Assembly (NCBI GenBank): GCA_037076615.1
Contig: AP029158.1
Span: 463,717-527,716, forward strand
Direction of reading: 5' to 3'
Length of the DNA: 64,000 nt
Source of the DNA: Candidatus Parcubacteria bacterium
GTDB taxonomy: Bacteria > Patescibacteriota > Patescibacteriia > Patescibacteriales > UBA12465
The notes beneath the pieces were generated by a model, which did not search any database, had not been told where the DNA came from, and was given only the letters and a program-made list of their open reading frames with translations. The stretch's first letter is position 1. Each line of letters starts with the position of its first letter. The translations under genes were made by a program, and so were the position numbers. This document shows, in pieces, positions 10,298 through 19,972 of the stretch.

Positions 10298-11344
10298 TTA
10301 TTTACTGTCGGTGCTCGGCAAAACGACCTTTTCCAAAAGCTCCCTGTCTTTTAAGAGCATTCCCGTTCCGCGCGCCACACAAGTCAAAGGGTCATTAGCA
10401 ATTTTAACGGGGATCTTAGAGGCTAAGGAGATGGCTTTATCCACGCCGCGCAACAAAGCACCGCCCCCGGAAAGGAAAATTCCCCGCTCATAAATATCTG
10501 CCACGAGCTCCGGTGGCGTTGTTTCTAAAATAGTTTTTATACTCTCAATAATTTTATTCAGCGTGCGGCTTAGGGATTCACGAACCTGAACATCACTAAT
10601 AATAATCGCTCGGGGCAAACCAGTGATTAAATCTCGACCGCGAACTTCAATTTCTTGAGGTTCGTCTAAGGGGATTGCCGAGCCAATCGTTATTTTAATA
10701 TTCTCCGCCACCTGCTCGCCAATTAAAATATTAAACTCCTCGCGAATATACTCAATAATATTTTGATCAAATTCATTGCCCGCCAGACGTAAAGATTTCC
10801 AAGTCACCACACCGCCTAAAGAGATAACGGCAATTTCCGTCGAACCGCCACCGATATCAACCACCATTGTCGCCGTCGCATCCACCACCGGTAAACCGGC
10901 ACCAATCGCCGCCGCCATCGCCTCCTCAATTAAATAAACTTTGCGCGCCCCCGCCGATTTCGTTGCATCTTCAACCGCTTTTCGCTCCACCTCAGTCAAA
11001 TCCAAGGGAATACCCACCACCACGCGCGGTCGCGGCACCAAAGCAAAGTTCTGTTGATGAACTCGAGAGATAAAATACTTAAGCATTTTTTCAGTTATTT
11101 CAAAATCAGAAATCACCCCATCAACTAAAGGTTTAACCGCCTCAATATGACTCGGCGTTTTGCCCACCATTAAACTAGCGGCTTCGCCAACTTCTAAAAT
11201 TTCATTAGTACGCTTATTAATCGCCACAACTGAGGGCTCGTTTACAACCACTCCCTTTTCATTAAGAAAAACGAGGGTGTTTTTTGTTCCCAAATCAATG
11301 CCTAAATCATGGCTCATTTTGCCGCGCAATTTTCCAAACAACAT
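10298..11344 (-). CDS. mreB: Rod shape-determining protein MreB
   Basis: 348 aa. GIDLGTKNTLVF, NEPSVVA, VVDIGGGSTEIAVISLGG, LSGGGALLRG. Confidence 0.9.
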   Translation of the reverse strand: MLFGKLRGKMSHDLGIDLGTKNTLVFLNEKGVVVNEPSVVAINKRTNEILEVGEAASLMVGKTPSHIEAVKPLVDGVISDFEITEKMLKYFISRVHQQNFALVPRPRVVVGIPLDLTEVERKAVEDATKSAGARKVYLIEEAMAAAIGAGLPVVDATATMVVDIGGGSTEIAVISLGGVVTWKSLRLAGNEFDQNIIEYIREEFNILIGEQVAENIKITIGSAIPLDEPQEIEVRGRDLITGLPRAIIISDVQVRESLSRTLNKIIESIKTILETTPPELVADIYERGIFLSGGGALLRGVDKAISLASKIPVKIANDPLTCVARGTGMLLKDRELLEKVVLPSTDSK

Positions 11345-11350
11345 AAAACT

Positions 11351-12577
11351 TTATTTTAAATACTTTATTAAATCAGCCGTGTTCACGATTTCCTCTTTAG
11401 ACCCGGACCGAGCTTTTACTTCTACGCCTCCCGCCGCTAAAGTTTTAGCGGAAACAACCACTCGCCAAGGACAGCCAATTAAATCAGCTTCCGCAAATTT
11501 TTCACCGGCCCCTTTATCGCGATCATCGAATAAAACTTCAAAGCCGGCCGCTTGTAAATCTTGATAAATCCGGGCGGCCGCTTCGTCTTGGTTAAGCGAC
11601 AATAAATGAATTTTAAAAGGAGCAATGGTGGCGGGCCAAATTATTCCCCGCTCATCATGGCAAACTTCAACAACCGCCCCCAAAACGCGACTTAAACCAA
11701 TTCCGTAACAACCCATAACCACCAACTTCTCTTCGCCGTCAGCCGTGCGGTAAGTTAAGTTAAAAGGTTTAGAGAAAGCTGTTCCCAATTTAAAAATATT
11801 CCCGACCTCAACCGCTTTGCGCTCTATTAAATCGGCATTGCCGCAGCCTGGACAAGTTTTTTGTTCAGCAATGATTTCTCGGTTAACGGCTAAGCGACAA
11901 GCATCGCAGCAATAAATTAAATCTTCTCCGGCCTCGGTAAAAGTTTGGAATTCGTGAGAATATTTGGAAAAAGAACCGCCGGCGGCAAAAGTTAAATAGG
12001 TCTTTTCTTTTAAACCGAGACGTTCATAAATCTTGTAGTAAGCCTGCAAAACGCGCTCATAATAATTATCTAAATCCTCTTGATCGGTATGGAAAGAATA
12101 TAAATCTTTCATTAAAAATTCTCGCCCTCTAAGCAAACCGGATTTAGCCCGCTTTTCATTGCGGAATTTAGTTTGAATTTGAAAAACCGAGAATGGCAAA
12201 TCTTTATAAGAAGTAACAAATTTTTTCGCTAACGGGGAAACTTCTTCTTCGTGAGTCGGATTTAAAACATATTCTTTTTGGTCGGAACCGGCCAGACGAA
12301 ACAGAACATCCATCGTCTCTAAGCGGCTGGTCTTCGCCCATAAATCTTTAGGCGCTAACGCCGTCAAACTTATTTCCTGACCGCCAACAGCCTCCATCTC
12401 TTCAACAATGATGCGGCGAATATTATTTAAAACTTTTAAGCCAAGCGGCAGAAAAGAATAAATACCGGCAGACACCTTATCAATAAAACCGGCTCTAATT
12501 AAAGCCTGAGCATTATAGCTCTGCTCATCCTTCGGCAATTCTTTAATTGTTTTCGTAAAAAGATTGGCTTGTTTCAT
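11351..12577 (-). CDS. proS: Prolyl-tRNA synthetase, bacterial type lacking the INS editing domain
   Basis: 408 aa. FQIQTKFRNEKR, REFLMKDLYSFH, GCYGIGLSRV, C-terminal anticodon-binding domain. A short Cys-rich insert sits where INS normally lies. Confidence 0.85.
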   Translation of the reverse strand: MKQANLFTKTIKELPKDEQSYNAQALIRAGFIDKVSAGIYSFLPLGLKVLNNIRRIIVEEMEAVGGQEISLTALAPKDLWAKTSRLETMDVLFRLAGSDQKEYVLNPTHEEEVSPLAKKFVTSYKDLPFSVFQIQTKFRNEKRAKSGLLRGREFLMKDLYSFHTDQEDLDNYYERVLQAYYKIYERLGLKEKTYLTFAAGGSFSKYSHEFQTFTEAGEDLIYCCDACRLAVNREIIAEQKTCPGCGNADLIERKAVEVGNIFKLGTAFSKPFNLTYRTADGEEKLVVMGCYGIGLSRVLGAVVEVCHDERGIIWPATIAPFKIHLLSLNQDEAAARIYQDLQAAGFEVLFDDRDKGAGEKFAEADLIGCPWRVVVSAKTLAAGGVEVKARSGSKEEIVNTADLIKYLK

Positions 12578-12585
12578 ATTAATGA

Positions 12586-13161
12586 TTAATGGGCTAAATA
12601 ACGTAGGGCGGCTTTTAGGCGGGCCGAAGTACTGCCGTGCTCGGGGCCCACTTGTTTTAAGGCTAAACGAGCATCATTTACAGAATAACCTAAGCTCACC
12701 AAAGCGTCCAGCTCGTCGCTGAGACCAGTAAAATCAGGGCTAATGTGGCTACTCGGAGCCAGTTTTAAAATCTTATTCTTTAATTCTAAAATTAGGCGAT
12801 CAGCGGTTTTTTTACCAATTCCAGAAACCTTAGTCAAAAGTGAAGCATCACCGTGAATAATCGCGGTTTTGACATCGTCGGCGGAGGCTAAAGATAGTAC
12901 CGCTAAAGCGGACTTGGGACCAACACCGGAAACAGAAATAAGAAGTCCAAATAATTCTAAATCGGCCAAATCGGCAAACCCGTAAAGATCATTCAGCTCT
13001 TCGCGAACCTGATGGTGAATATAAGCGACTTGATTTTGTCCATTTTTGATAGTGGCTAAAAATCTTTCGCCGGCAAAAACTTGATAGCCGACGCCACCAG
13101 TTTCTAAAATAAAATAGCTGTCGGTTTTCGCGATTACTCGCCCCTCTAAATAAGCAATCAT
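12586..13161 (-). CDS. ruvA: Holliday junction DNA helicase subunit RuvA
   Basis: 191 aa. MIAYLEGRV..., HhH motifs LISVSGVGPKSA and LTKVSGIGKKTA. Confidence 0.9.
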   Translation of the reverse strand: MIAYLEGRVIAKTDSYFILETGGVGYQVFAGERFLATIKNGQNQVAYIHHQVREELNDLYGFADLADLELFGLLISVSGVGPKSALAVLSLASADDVKTAIIHGDASLLTKVSGIGKKTADRLILELKNKILKLAPSSHISPDFTGLSDELDALVSLGYSVNDARLALKQVGPEHGSTSARLKAALRYLAH

Positions 13162-13171
13162 AAAAAAATAA

Positions 13172-14452
13172 TTAATCTTTAACCGCCGGCTTTAAAAAAC
13201 GACGCACCACGGAAAGCACCGGGACGGCCTCATTTAAGACAACGGCGATTTGCCGACCGCCACCACCGCCATGGGCTTCTGTTAAGGGTTCGCCGGTCAG
13301 AGCATCATAGAAAACGGTAATTTTTGGTTTCAGAACATCGTAAAGAGAGCGGACAATTTCAATCCGATCTTCAGCTAGCCAGGTATTATGAACTTTAAAG
13401 TAAGCAACTTTTTCTCCCGGCTTAGTCTCGGGAATAAAATATTCCGGTGCGGCCGCCACGGCCTGTCCACAAAACTCCCAATCGCAATCCAAACGCGTGC
13501 ACTCTAAGTTTTGTCCGGCTTTCTCGCCTAATAAAAATCCGTCCGTGTAACCGCGGTGGGTTAATTTATTAATTAACTCTTGCTTTAATTCCTTTAACTT
13601 TTCTTTAAGTTCGGCCGCCGGTAAACCGGATTGGCAGTACTCTAAAGCTTGGGCATAGATGCCGGTAACGACCGCTTCGTAGTAAACACTTTTGGCGCGG
13701 CCTTCAATTTTAAAAGAAGTTACTCCCGCTGCCATCAAGTCCGGCAAAGATTCAATTAAGCAAAGATCTTGAGAGTTTAGAAAATAAGACCCCTCCGGTT
13801 CTTGAATAACTTCAAATTCTTTTTCATGACCGACTGGTTTTAATTGATATTGCCAGCGGCAAGGTTGAACACAATCACCTAAATTAGCGGAACGACCGGT
13901 TAGTTCTCGCGACAAAAAACAGCGTCCGGAGTAAGCCATACACATCGCCCCGTGAACAAAATATTCCAACTCCAAATCCGGAGCGGCTTGAGAGATGGCT
14001 TTAATTTCTTTTAAAGTAACTTCGCGTGCCAAAATAATTCTCTTCACCCCCGCCGCCTGCCAAAATTGGGCCGCGGCACTGTTGGTGCAGTTAGCTTGGG
14101 TTGATAAATGAATCACCGCTTCTGGCCAATCCTTTTTTACCATCGAAATAATCCCCGGGTCGGCGACAATCAAAGCATCAGGTTTAAGATTACGAAGTTT
14201 TTTTAAAAACTCCGGCAATCGATCCAAATGCTCTTCGTGGGCGAAGATATTTAAAGTCACATAAGCTAGCGCCCCTTTATCATGGGCGTAATTTATTCCC
14301 TCCGCCAAACTGCTTAAATCAAAATTATTAGCGCGGGCCCGTAAGGAAAAGTCCGGCACCCCCAAATAAACCGCCTGAGCGCCGAAGGCGAGACCAGTTT
14401 CAAGTTTTAATAAGTTTCCAGCTGGAGCCAATAATTCTAATTTTTTAGACAT
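13172..14452 (-). CDS. Peptidase U32 family protein
   Basis: 426 aa. Family signature EYFVHGAMCMAYSGRCFLS and following Cys cluster. Confidence 0.8.
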   Translation of the reverse strand: MSKKLELLAPAGNLLKLETGLAFGAQAVYLGVPDFSLRARANNFDLSSLAEGINYAHDKGALAYVTLNIFAHEEHLDRLPEFLKKLRNLKPDALIVADPGIISMVKKDWPEAVIHLSTQANCTNSAAAQFWQAAGVKRIILAREVTLKEIKAISQAAPDLELEYFVHGAMCMAYSGRCFLSRELTGRSANLGDCVQPCRWQYQLKPVGHEKEFEVIQEPEGSYFLNSQDLCLIESLPDLMAAGVTSFKIEGRAKSVYYEAVVTGIYAQALEYCQSGLPAAELKEKLKELKQELINKLTHRGYTDGFLLGEKAGQNLECTRLDCDWEFCGQAVAAAPEYFIPETKPGEKVAYFKVHNTWLAEDRIEIVRSLYDVLKPKITVFYDALTGEPLTEAHGGGGGRQIAVVLNEAVPVLSVVRRFLKPAVKD

Positions 14453-14458
14453 GAGTAA

Positions 14459-15370
14459 TTAATTAATATCAAGATTTCTTAAACGAGCAACGCGTTCTTC
14501 AATAGGAGGATGAGTCATTAGGAGTTTACTAAAGGCCGAGGTCTTATTTTTTTTCTCATCACCTTGAAGCGGCGTCACAATATACATATGCGCGGTGGCC
14601 GCATTCACCCTTTTTAAATTCTGCGGGGCGACACTAATTTTTTCTAAAGCCCGCGCCAAGCCTTCGGGGTAACGAGTCAGTAAACCGGCACTGCTATCGG
14701 CTAAATACTCTCGCTTACGAGAAATAGCCAGTTGCATCAATTGGGCCGCGAGCGGAGCCAAAATCAGCAAAACAATCACTAAAATAAGGCCTAAAGGATT
14801 AGAGCTTTTGCTGTCGTCGCTACGACGGCCGCCGCCCCAGACTAAGCCTCTAGAGAACCAATCAATCATAATGATTATTACCCCAACTAAAACGGTCGCG
14901 ATTGTGGAAATTAAAATATCATAGTTGCCGATATGCGATAATTCGTGAGCAGCTACCCCCTCTACCTCCACCTTATCTAAGCGCCGGAGTAAACCGGTCG
15001 TAAAAGCAATCGCCGCGTGTTCAGGGTTGCGGCCAGTGGCAAAGGCATTGGGCGCGTCATCCTCAATAATATATATCTTGGGTACCGACAAACCGGCGGT
15101 GATACAAAGATTTTCTACTAGGCGGTAAATCTCTTTGTCGACGTTAGGATCGACTAAACGCGCCCCGGCCATCGACAAAACAATTTTGTCACTCCACCAA
15201 TAACTAACGAAGCTGGAAACGACACTAAAGATGACGGCCGCAATCAAAATCCCCGGACTGTCAAAATACCAGGAAATCGCATAACCGACACCAATTACCA
15301 AGATGAGAAAAATCATCATTAGCAACCAGGTGCGTCTTTTGTTGTTTGCCTGATGCTGGTAAAGAGTCAT
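14459..15370 (-). CDS. htpX: Membrane zinc metalloprotease HtpX (peptidase M48)
   Basis: 303 aa. HELSHI zinc motif, 4 TM segments, downstream REYLAD. Confidence 0.85.
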   Translation of the reverse strand: MTLYQHQANNKRRTWLLMMIFLILVIGVGYAISWYFDSPGILIAAVIFSVVSSFVSYWWSDKIVLSMAGARLVDPNVDKEIYRLVENLCITAGLSVPKIYIIEDDAPNAFATGRNPEHAAIAFTTGLLRRLDKVEVEGVAAHELSHIGNYDILISTIATVLVGVIIIMIDWFSRGLVWGGGRRSDDSKSSNPLGLILVIVLLILAPLAAQLMQLAISRKREYLADSSAGLLTRYPEGLARALEKISVAPQNLKRVNAATAHMYIVTPLQGDEKKNKTSAFSKLLMTHPPIEERVARLRNLDIN

Positions 15371-15378
15371 CTTAATTA

Positions 15379-16131
15379 TTATTTATCTTCTTTCTTTTTA
15401 AAGCCGCCCTCAAAAGCGCGCAGTATTTCTACCGGCGTCATCACGATCACGGTATTTGATTGGTCACTAGAGAGATCATTAATTGATTGGAGAGTTCGTA
15501 AATGTAGGGCGCCCTCAGAAGCATTCAAGATGCTAGCGGCCTGAGCGATATTAGTGGCGGCGGCGAGTTCACCTTCAGAATTAATTATCACCGCCCGCTT
15601 CTCGCGCTCCGCCTCCGCCTGTTTGGCGATAGTGCGCTCCATTGATTCTGGAATAAAAATGTCTTTAAGCTCAACATTGTTTACTTTAATGCCCCACTCA
15701 TCAGTCTCTCTATCAACAATTTCCTTAATTCTCTCAGCAATCTTATCGCGTCGTGCTAAGAGCTCATCTAAAGTCACTTCACCAACAATGTTTCTCATAG
15801 TTGTTTGTGCGTACTGAGAAACGGCATAGTAAAAATTTTCCACTTCAATAACTGCCTTGGGGGCATCAGCTACTTTATAATAAATAACGGCATTAACAGT
15901 TACCGAAATGTTATCACGAGTAATTGCTTTTTGATCAGGCACATCAACAGCTTTAATACGAACATCTACCTTTTTAAAGGTTTGAAAGATTGGCAGCAAT
16001 AACCTCCAACCTGGCTCCATAGTGTAGGTATAGCGCCCCATGGTAAAAACAACTCCTCTTTCCCATTGGTTGACTTGCTTAAGGGAGGATAAAAAGATAA
16101 GAAGAGCCAACCCGATTATAAAGTAAATCAT
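15379..16131 (-). CDS. SPFH/band-7 (stomatin/prohibitin-like) membrane protein
   Basis: 250 aa. N-terminal TM segment, SPFH core (VDVRIKAVDVPDQKAITRDNISVTVNAVIYYKV), Ala/Glu-rich coiled coil. Confidence 0.8.
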   Translation of the reverse strand: MIYFIIGLALLIFLSSLKQVNQWERGVVFTMGRYTYTMEPGWRLLLPIFQTFKKVDVRIKAVDVPDQKAITRDNISVTVNAVIYYKVADAPKAVIEVENFYYAVSQYAQTTMRNIVGEVTLDELLARRDKIAERIKEIVDRETDEWGIKVNNVELKDIFIPESMERTIAKQAEAEREKRAVIINSEGELAAATNIAQAASILNASEGALHLRTLQSINDLSSDQSNTVIVMTPVEILRAFEGGFKKKEDK

Positions 16132-16152
16132 ATGATTGTTATTATTTTATCT

Positions 16153-16707
16153 TTAGAACTGAACTTTAACCGGCTCTTTTTGAGCGGCATCAGCCAGTTC
16201 ATAAAATTTATATTCTTCAAACTTTAACATTTTGTTAATTAAGTTAGTCGGAAAGACTTGTAACTTAGTGTTAAAGTCACGAACATTGCCGTTGTAAAAA
16301 CGGCGAGAAGCCATGATTTTATCTTCAGTATCGGTAAGCTCGCGTTGCAGCTCTAAAAAGTTTTGATTAGCTTTTAAGTCCGGATAATTTTCCGCTAGAG
16401 CAAAAATGGAGCGCAGTGTGGAAGATAATTGATTTTCCACGACCATTTTTTTCTCGGGATCGGTGCTCGGCACCTCCATCGCCGAATTACGAGCCGCAAT
16501 CACTTTTGCCAAGGTTCCTTCCTCATGAGCAGCGTAACCTTTAACCGTTTCCACCAGATTAGGAATCAGGTCGTAACGGCGCTTAAGCTGCACATCCATG
16601 TCGGAAAGAGCTTCTTCCACTCGATTTTTGCCGGCAACCAAACCATTGTAGAGACCGATGATAGCGAAGATTAAAATCACCGCTACTGCCAAAATAATCC
16701 AAGCCAT
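16153..16707 (-). CDS. lemA: LemA family membrane protein
   Basis: 184 aa. N-terminal TM segment, then YNGLV...DVQLKRRYDLIPNLVETVKGYA..E and RRFYNGNVRDFN. Confidence 0.8.
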   Translation of the reverse strand: MAWIILAVAVILIFAIIGLYNGLVAGKNRVEEALSDMDVQLKRRYDLIPNLVETVKGYAAHEEGTLAKVIAARNSAMEVPSTDPEKKMVVENQLSSTLRSIFALAENYPDLKANQNFLELQRELTDTEDKIMASRRFYNGNVRDFNTKLQVFPTNLINKMLKFEEYKFYELADAAQKEPVKVQF

Positions 16708-16725
16708 AGATTTTTTATTAATTTA

Positions 16726-19641
16726 TTATTTATTTAAAACTTCTAAATTTAAAGAGAACTCATGCTCGCCAAGCTTGACCAAGTTCTCGCTAGCCGTAGA
16801 CACTAACTCACAATCCACACTTAAAGTGGCGGTTTTAATCTCCTCTTTTTTGGCCTCAATAAATTCAAGAATGTCTTTATCGGCGCCACCAATTATCACC
16901 TTCGTGCGATCGGCCAAATTAAGATTTAAATCCTTCCGGTTCTTGTTAATCAAGCGAATGAATTCTCGGGTCCAACCTTCTCGCTCCAATTCTGGGGTAA
17001 TAACGGTATCTAGTTTTACGGCCAGAACATCAGCCGTTTCCCAAAACAATTTTTGAACATTTAATTCTTCTTTAATTAAATTTTCATATTCTTCGGGTAA
17101 ACTTAGGTTAGGAATGCTCACGGTCGCCGAAGCGAGAGCCTGGCGAACTTTAATTCCGGAAGCATCACGCTCCGCCAAGCCAAGCTCCACGGCACGACGC
17201 ACTAAAGACATATTCGCTAAAACCGTTTTATCGTTGTCGGTTAAGGCCGCAGCAATCGGCCAAGACTCTAGGTGAACCGATTGAGAAGAGTCAGAAAAAT
17301 TATAACCCGTTGTTTCTTGCCATAAGTTTTCAGCATTGAACGGTAAAAATGGCGCCATCACTTTGGCTAATTCCGCTAAGACATACCGTAAGACCGCCAG
17401 GACCATATCTTTATCAGCGCCTTCTTCTTTAAAGCGATCACGAGAACGACGTAAATACCAAGTGGAGAGCTCATCAATAAATTCGGTAATCGGACGCATC
17501 GCTTTCGATAAATTGTAAGTCTCAAGAGCGGTTGTCGCCCCAGTTTCCAATTGCGACAATTTCGCTAAAATCCAAATATCTAAAACCCCGGTTGCTTCCG
17601 GTCGCTCTAAAGTCGGCTGTTCCCCCTCGGCATACATCTCATAAAACTTATAAACATTATTAAGAATGATGATATTTTTGCGCAAGGCTTCGGCAACCCC
17701 CTTTTCGGAAAAATTAAAATTCTCCGCCTGCATTACTGGCGCGGCCAGAAGATAAGCGCGCAAGGCATCGGCGCCGTATTTATCCATCAGTAGCAGAGGG
17801 TCAGGATAATTTTTTAAACGTTTGGACATCTTTTTGCCGTCCTCAGCTAAAACAATGCCATTAACCACCACTTGATCAAAAGCCCGTGTGCCTTTGACGG
17901 CCACCCCTAAAACATGAGTGTAGTAAAACCAAGCACGAGTCTGATCAACGCCCTCGGCGATAAACTGGGCCGGAAAATTATTTTCAAATTTTTCTTGATT
18001 AGCAAAAGGATAATGCTCTTGTGCATAAGGCATGGAACCCGACTCAAACCAACAATCTAAAACATCAGGAATTCTGGTCATTGTTTCCGAACACTCAGGA
18101 CAAGGAAAAGTAAGAGGATCAACTTTATCTTTGTGAATATCGGTAATCGGCGAGATTCCGGTCAGTTTTTCTAATTCCGCCACCGAGCCGACCAAATGCT
18201 TATGCCCGTTAGGACACTGCCAAATTGGAATTGCACTGGCCCAAAATCGTTGCCGAGAAATAGACCAATCGCGCGCCCCCTCTAACCAATTACCAAAGCG
18301 GCCTTCCTTTATATGAGTCGGTGACCAATTTATTTTTTTAGCCTCTTCTAATAATTGCGGCTTAATTTTGGTGATATCAACAAACCAAGAAGAGGTGGCA
18401 TAATTTAATAAGGGCGTATCACAACGCCAACAATGCGGATAACTATGTTCGTACTTCGCTTTTGAAAAGAGTAGATTGCGGTGCGCCAAGTTTTTAATGA
18501 TTTCAATATCAGTCGCTTGGTGATCAGCGGCAGGCTTAACATTCAAGCCGGCAAAATCAGCGACTTCCGCCTTAATCGTACCGTCAAAATTAACATGCTG
18601 AACGAAAGGTAAATTTTCCTTCTGACCTAGAACTAAATCATCTTCACCGAAAGCGGGTGCAATGTGAACAATGCCGGTCCCCTCCTCGGTATTTACAAAC
18701 TCGGCGGCATAAATCTTCCAGCCATTTTCCCGGTTAGCTAAATCCTTATCATTAGCATAATCAGAAAATAAAGGTTGATAGGCCTGGCCAACTAAATCCA
18801 CGCCTTTAAAAGTAGCGACAACTTCATATTCCTTTCCCGCTAAAACCTCTTCAGCTCGTTCTTTGGCGAGAATATAAAAATCTTCACCAATTTTTACTTT
18901 GAGATAATCAATTTTTCCGTTAACAGCCAAAGCCACATTACCAATTAAGGTCCAAGGTGTGGTGGTCCAGGCGATAACAAAAGTGCCCGGCTCAGAAACT
19001 AATTCAAATTTTGCGATCGCCGATAAATCTTTAATTAACTGATAACCTTCAGCCACCTCGGATTGCGAAACCGTGGTTTCACAATGCGGGCAAATATGCA
19101 TGGAGCGATGGTCTTGATAGATTAAGCCCTTGTCCCAAAGCTGTTTCATTACCCACCAAACCGATTCCATGTAATTCAAATCCATGGTCCGATAAGGATT
19201 ATCCATATCCACCCAGCGACCAAGGCGATCAATCGTCGTCCGCCACTCATCAGCGTAAGTAGAAACGCGTTCGCGACAAAGATTATTGAATTTCTCTACC
19301 CCCAATTCCAAAATTTCTTTTTTACTTTTAACGCCTAATTCTTTTTCAACAATATTTTCAATCGGCAGGCCGTGGCAATCCCAACCCCAGCGACGCTCCA
19401 CCGAAAAACCGCGCATCGTTTGGTAGCGTGGAATCACATCTTTAATAATACTACCCACTAAGTGACCATAATGAGGCAAGCCGGTCGCGAATGGAGGACC
19501 GTCATAAAAAACAAAGCGACCCTGCGGCGCTTCTTTAGCGACGGACTGTTCAAAAATTTTAGCACTCTGCCAAAATTGCTGGACGCGCCCCTCGGAACCG
19601 GAAACCGGATTACTTAAATTAACTTGCTTATCATCACTCAT
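16726..19641 (-). CDS. ileS: Isoleucyl-tRNA synthetase (eukaryote-like/type 2 signature)
   Basis: 971 aa. HIGH variant PHYGHLVG, KMSKRLKNYPDP, CP1 editing domain WTTTPWTL. Confidence 0.95.
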   Translation of the reverse strand: MSDDKQVNLSNPVSGSEGRVQQFWQSAKIFEQSVAKEAPQGRFVFYDGPPFATGLPHYGHLVGSIIKDVIPRYQTMRGFSVERRWGWDCHGLPIENIVEKELGVKSKKEILELGVEKFNNLCRERVSTYADEWRTTIDRLGRWVDMDNPYRTMDLNYMESVWWVMKQLWDKGLIYQDHRSMHICPHCETTVSQSEVAEGYQLIKDLSAIAKFELVSEPGTFVIAWTTTPWTLIGNVALAVNGKIDYLKVKIGEDFYILAKERAEEVLAGKEYEVVATFKGVDLVGQAYQPLFSDYANDKDLANRENGWKIYAAEFVNTEEGTGIVHIAPAFGEDDLVLGQKENLPFVQHVNFDGTIKAEVADFAGLNVKPAADHQATDIEIIKNLAHRNLLFSKAKYEHSYPHCWRCDTPLLNYATSSWFVDITKIKPQLLEEAKKINWSPTHIKEGRFGNWLEGARDWSISRQRFWASAIPIWQCPNGHKHLVGSVAELEKLTGISPITDIHKDKVDPLTFPCPECSETMTRIPDVLDCWFESGSMPYAQEHYPFANQEKFENNFPAQFIAEGVDQTRAWFYYTHVLGVAVKGTRAFDQVVVNGIVLAEDGKKMSKRLKNYPDPLLLMDKYGADALRAYLLAAPVMQAENFNFSEKGVAEALRKNIIILNNVYKFYEMYAEGEQPTLERPEATGVLDIWILAKLSQLETGATTALETYNLSKAMRPITEFIDELSTWYLRRSRDRFKEEGADKDMVLAVLRYVLAELAKVMAPFLPFNAENLWQETTGYNFSDSSQSVHLESWPIAAALTDNDKTVLANMSLVRRAVELGLAERDASGIKVRQALASATVSIPNLSLPEEYENLIKEELNVQKLFWETADVLAVKLDTVITPELEREGWTREFIRLINKNRKDLNLNLADRTKVIIGGADKDILEFIEAKKEEIKTATLSVDCELVSTASENLVKLGEHEFSLNLEVLNK

Positions 19642-19647
19642 ATATAT

Positions 19648-19890
19648 TTAATAAAGTCGACGTGAAGGATCAATATCACTCATCGGATCATCTTTATAGA
19701 GTTCGTTTAATTCGGCTTGGCGCTTCTCAAAATCGCGCTGGGCCTGCTCCTTCTGTGCTTCTTTTTGTTTTATTTCGTCGGCGGCGACTAAGTCCGCTTC
19801 TTTCTCTAAATTTTTCTGTTCACGACGGGCTAAAATTTTATCGGCGGCCTTATGCCCGGACGCCAAAGGATCGAACTTTTTTTCAAACAT
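19648..19890 (-). CDS. Small charged coiled-coil protein, unknown function
   Basis: 80-aa ORF ending 7 nt before the ileS start. Lys/Glu/Gln-rich. No recognisable domain. Confidence 0.35.
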   Translation of the reverse strand: MFEKKFDPLASGHKAADKILARREQKNLEKEADLVAADEIKQKEAQKEQAQRDFEKRQAELNELYKDDPMSDIDPSRRLY

Positions 19891-19972
19891 AATTTTAAGG
19901 TCTTAACTTGCCTAAATTAACACATAATCCTTGAAAAATCAAGAGTAAAAATCGGCTAAAATAGTGGAAAAA

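Noticed and set aside
16726-19641. Type-2 (eukaryote-like) IleRS as a notable horizontal transfer or mupirocin-resistance marker
   Set aside because: The KMSKRLKNYPDP signature is consistent with type 2. This type is widespread in several bacterial lineages, and nothing in the local context suggests recent acquisition.
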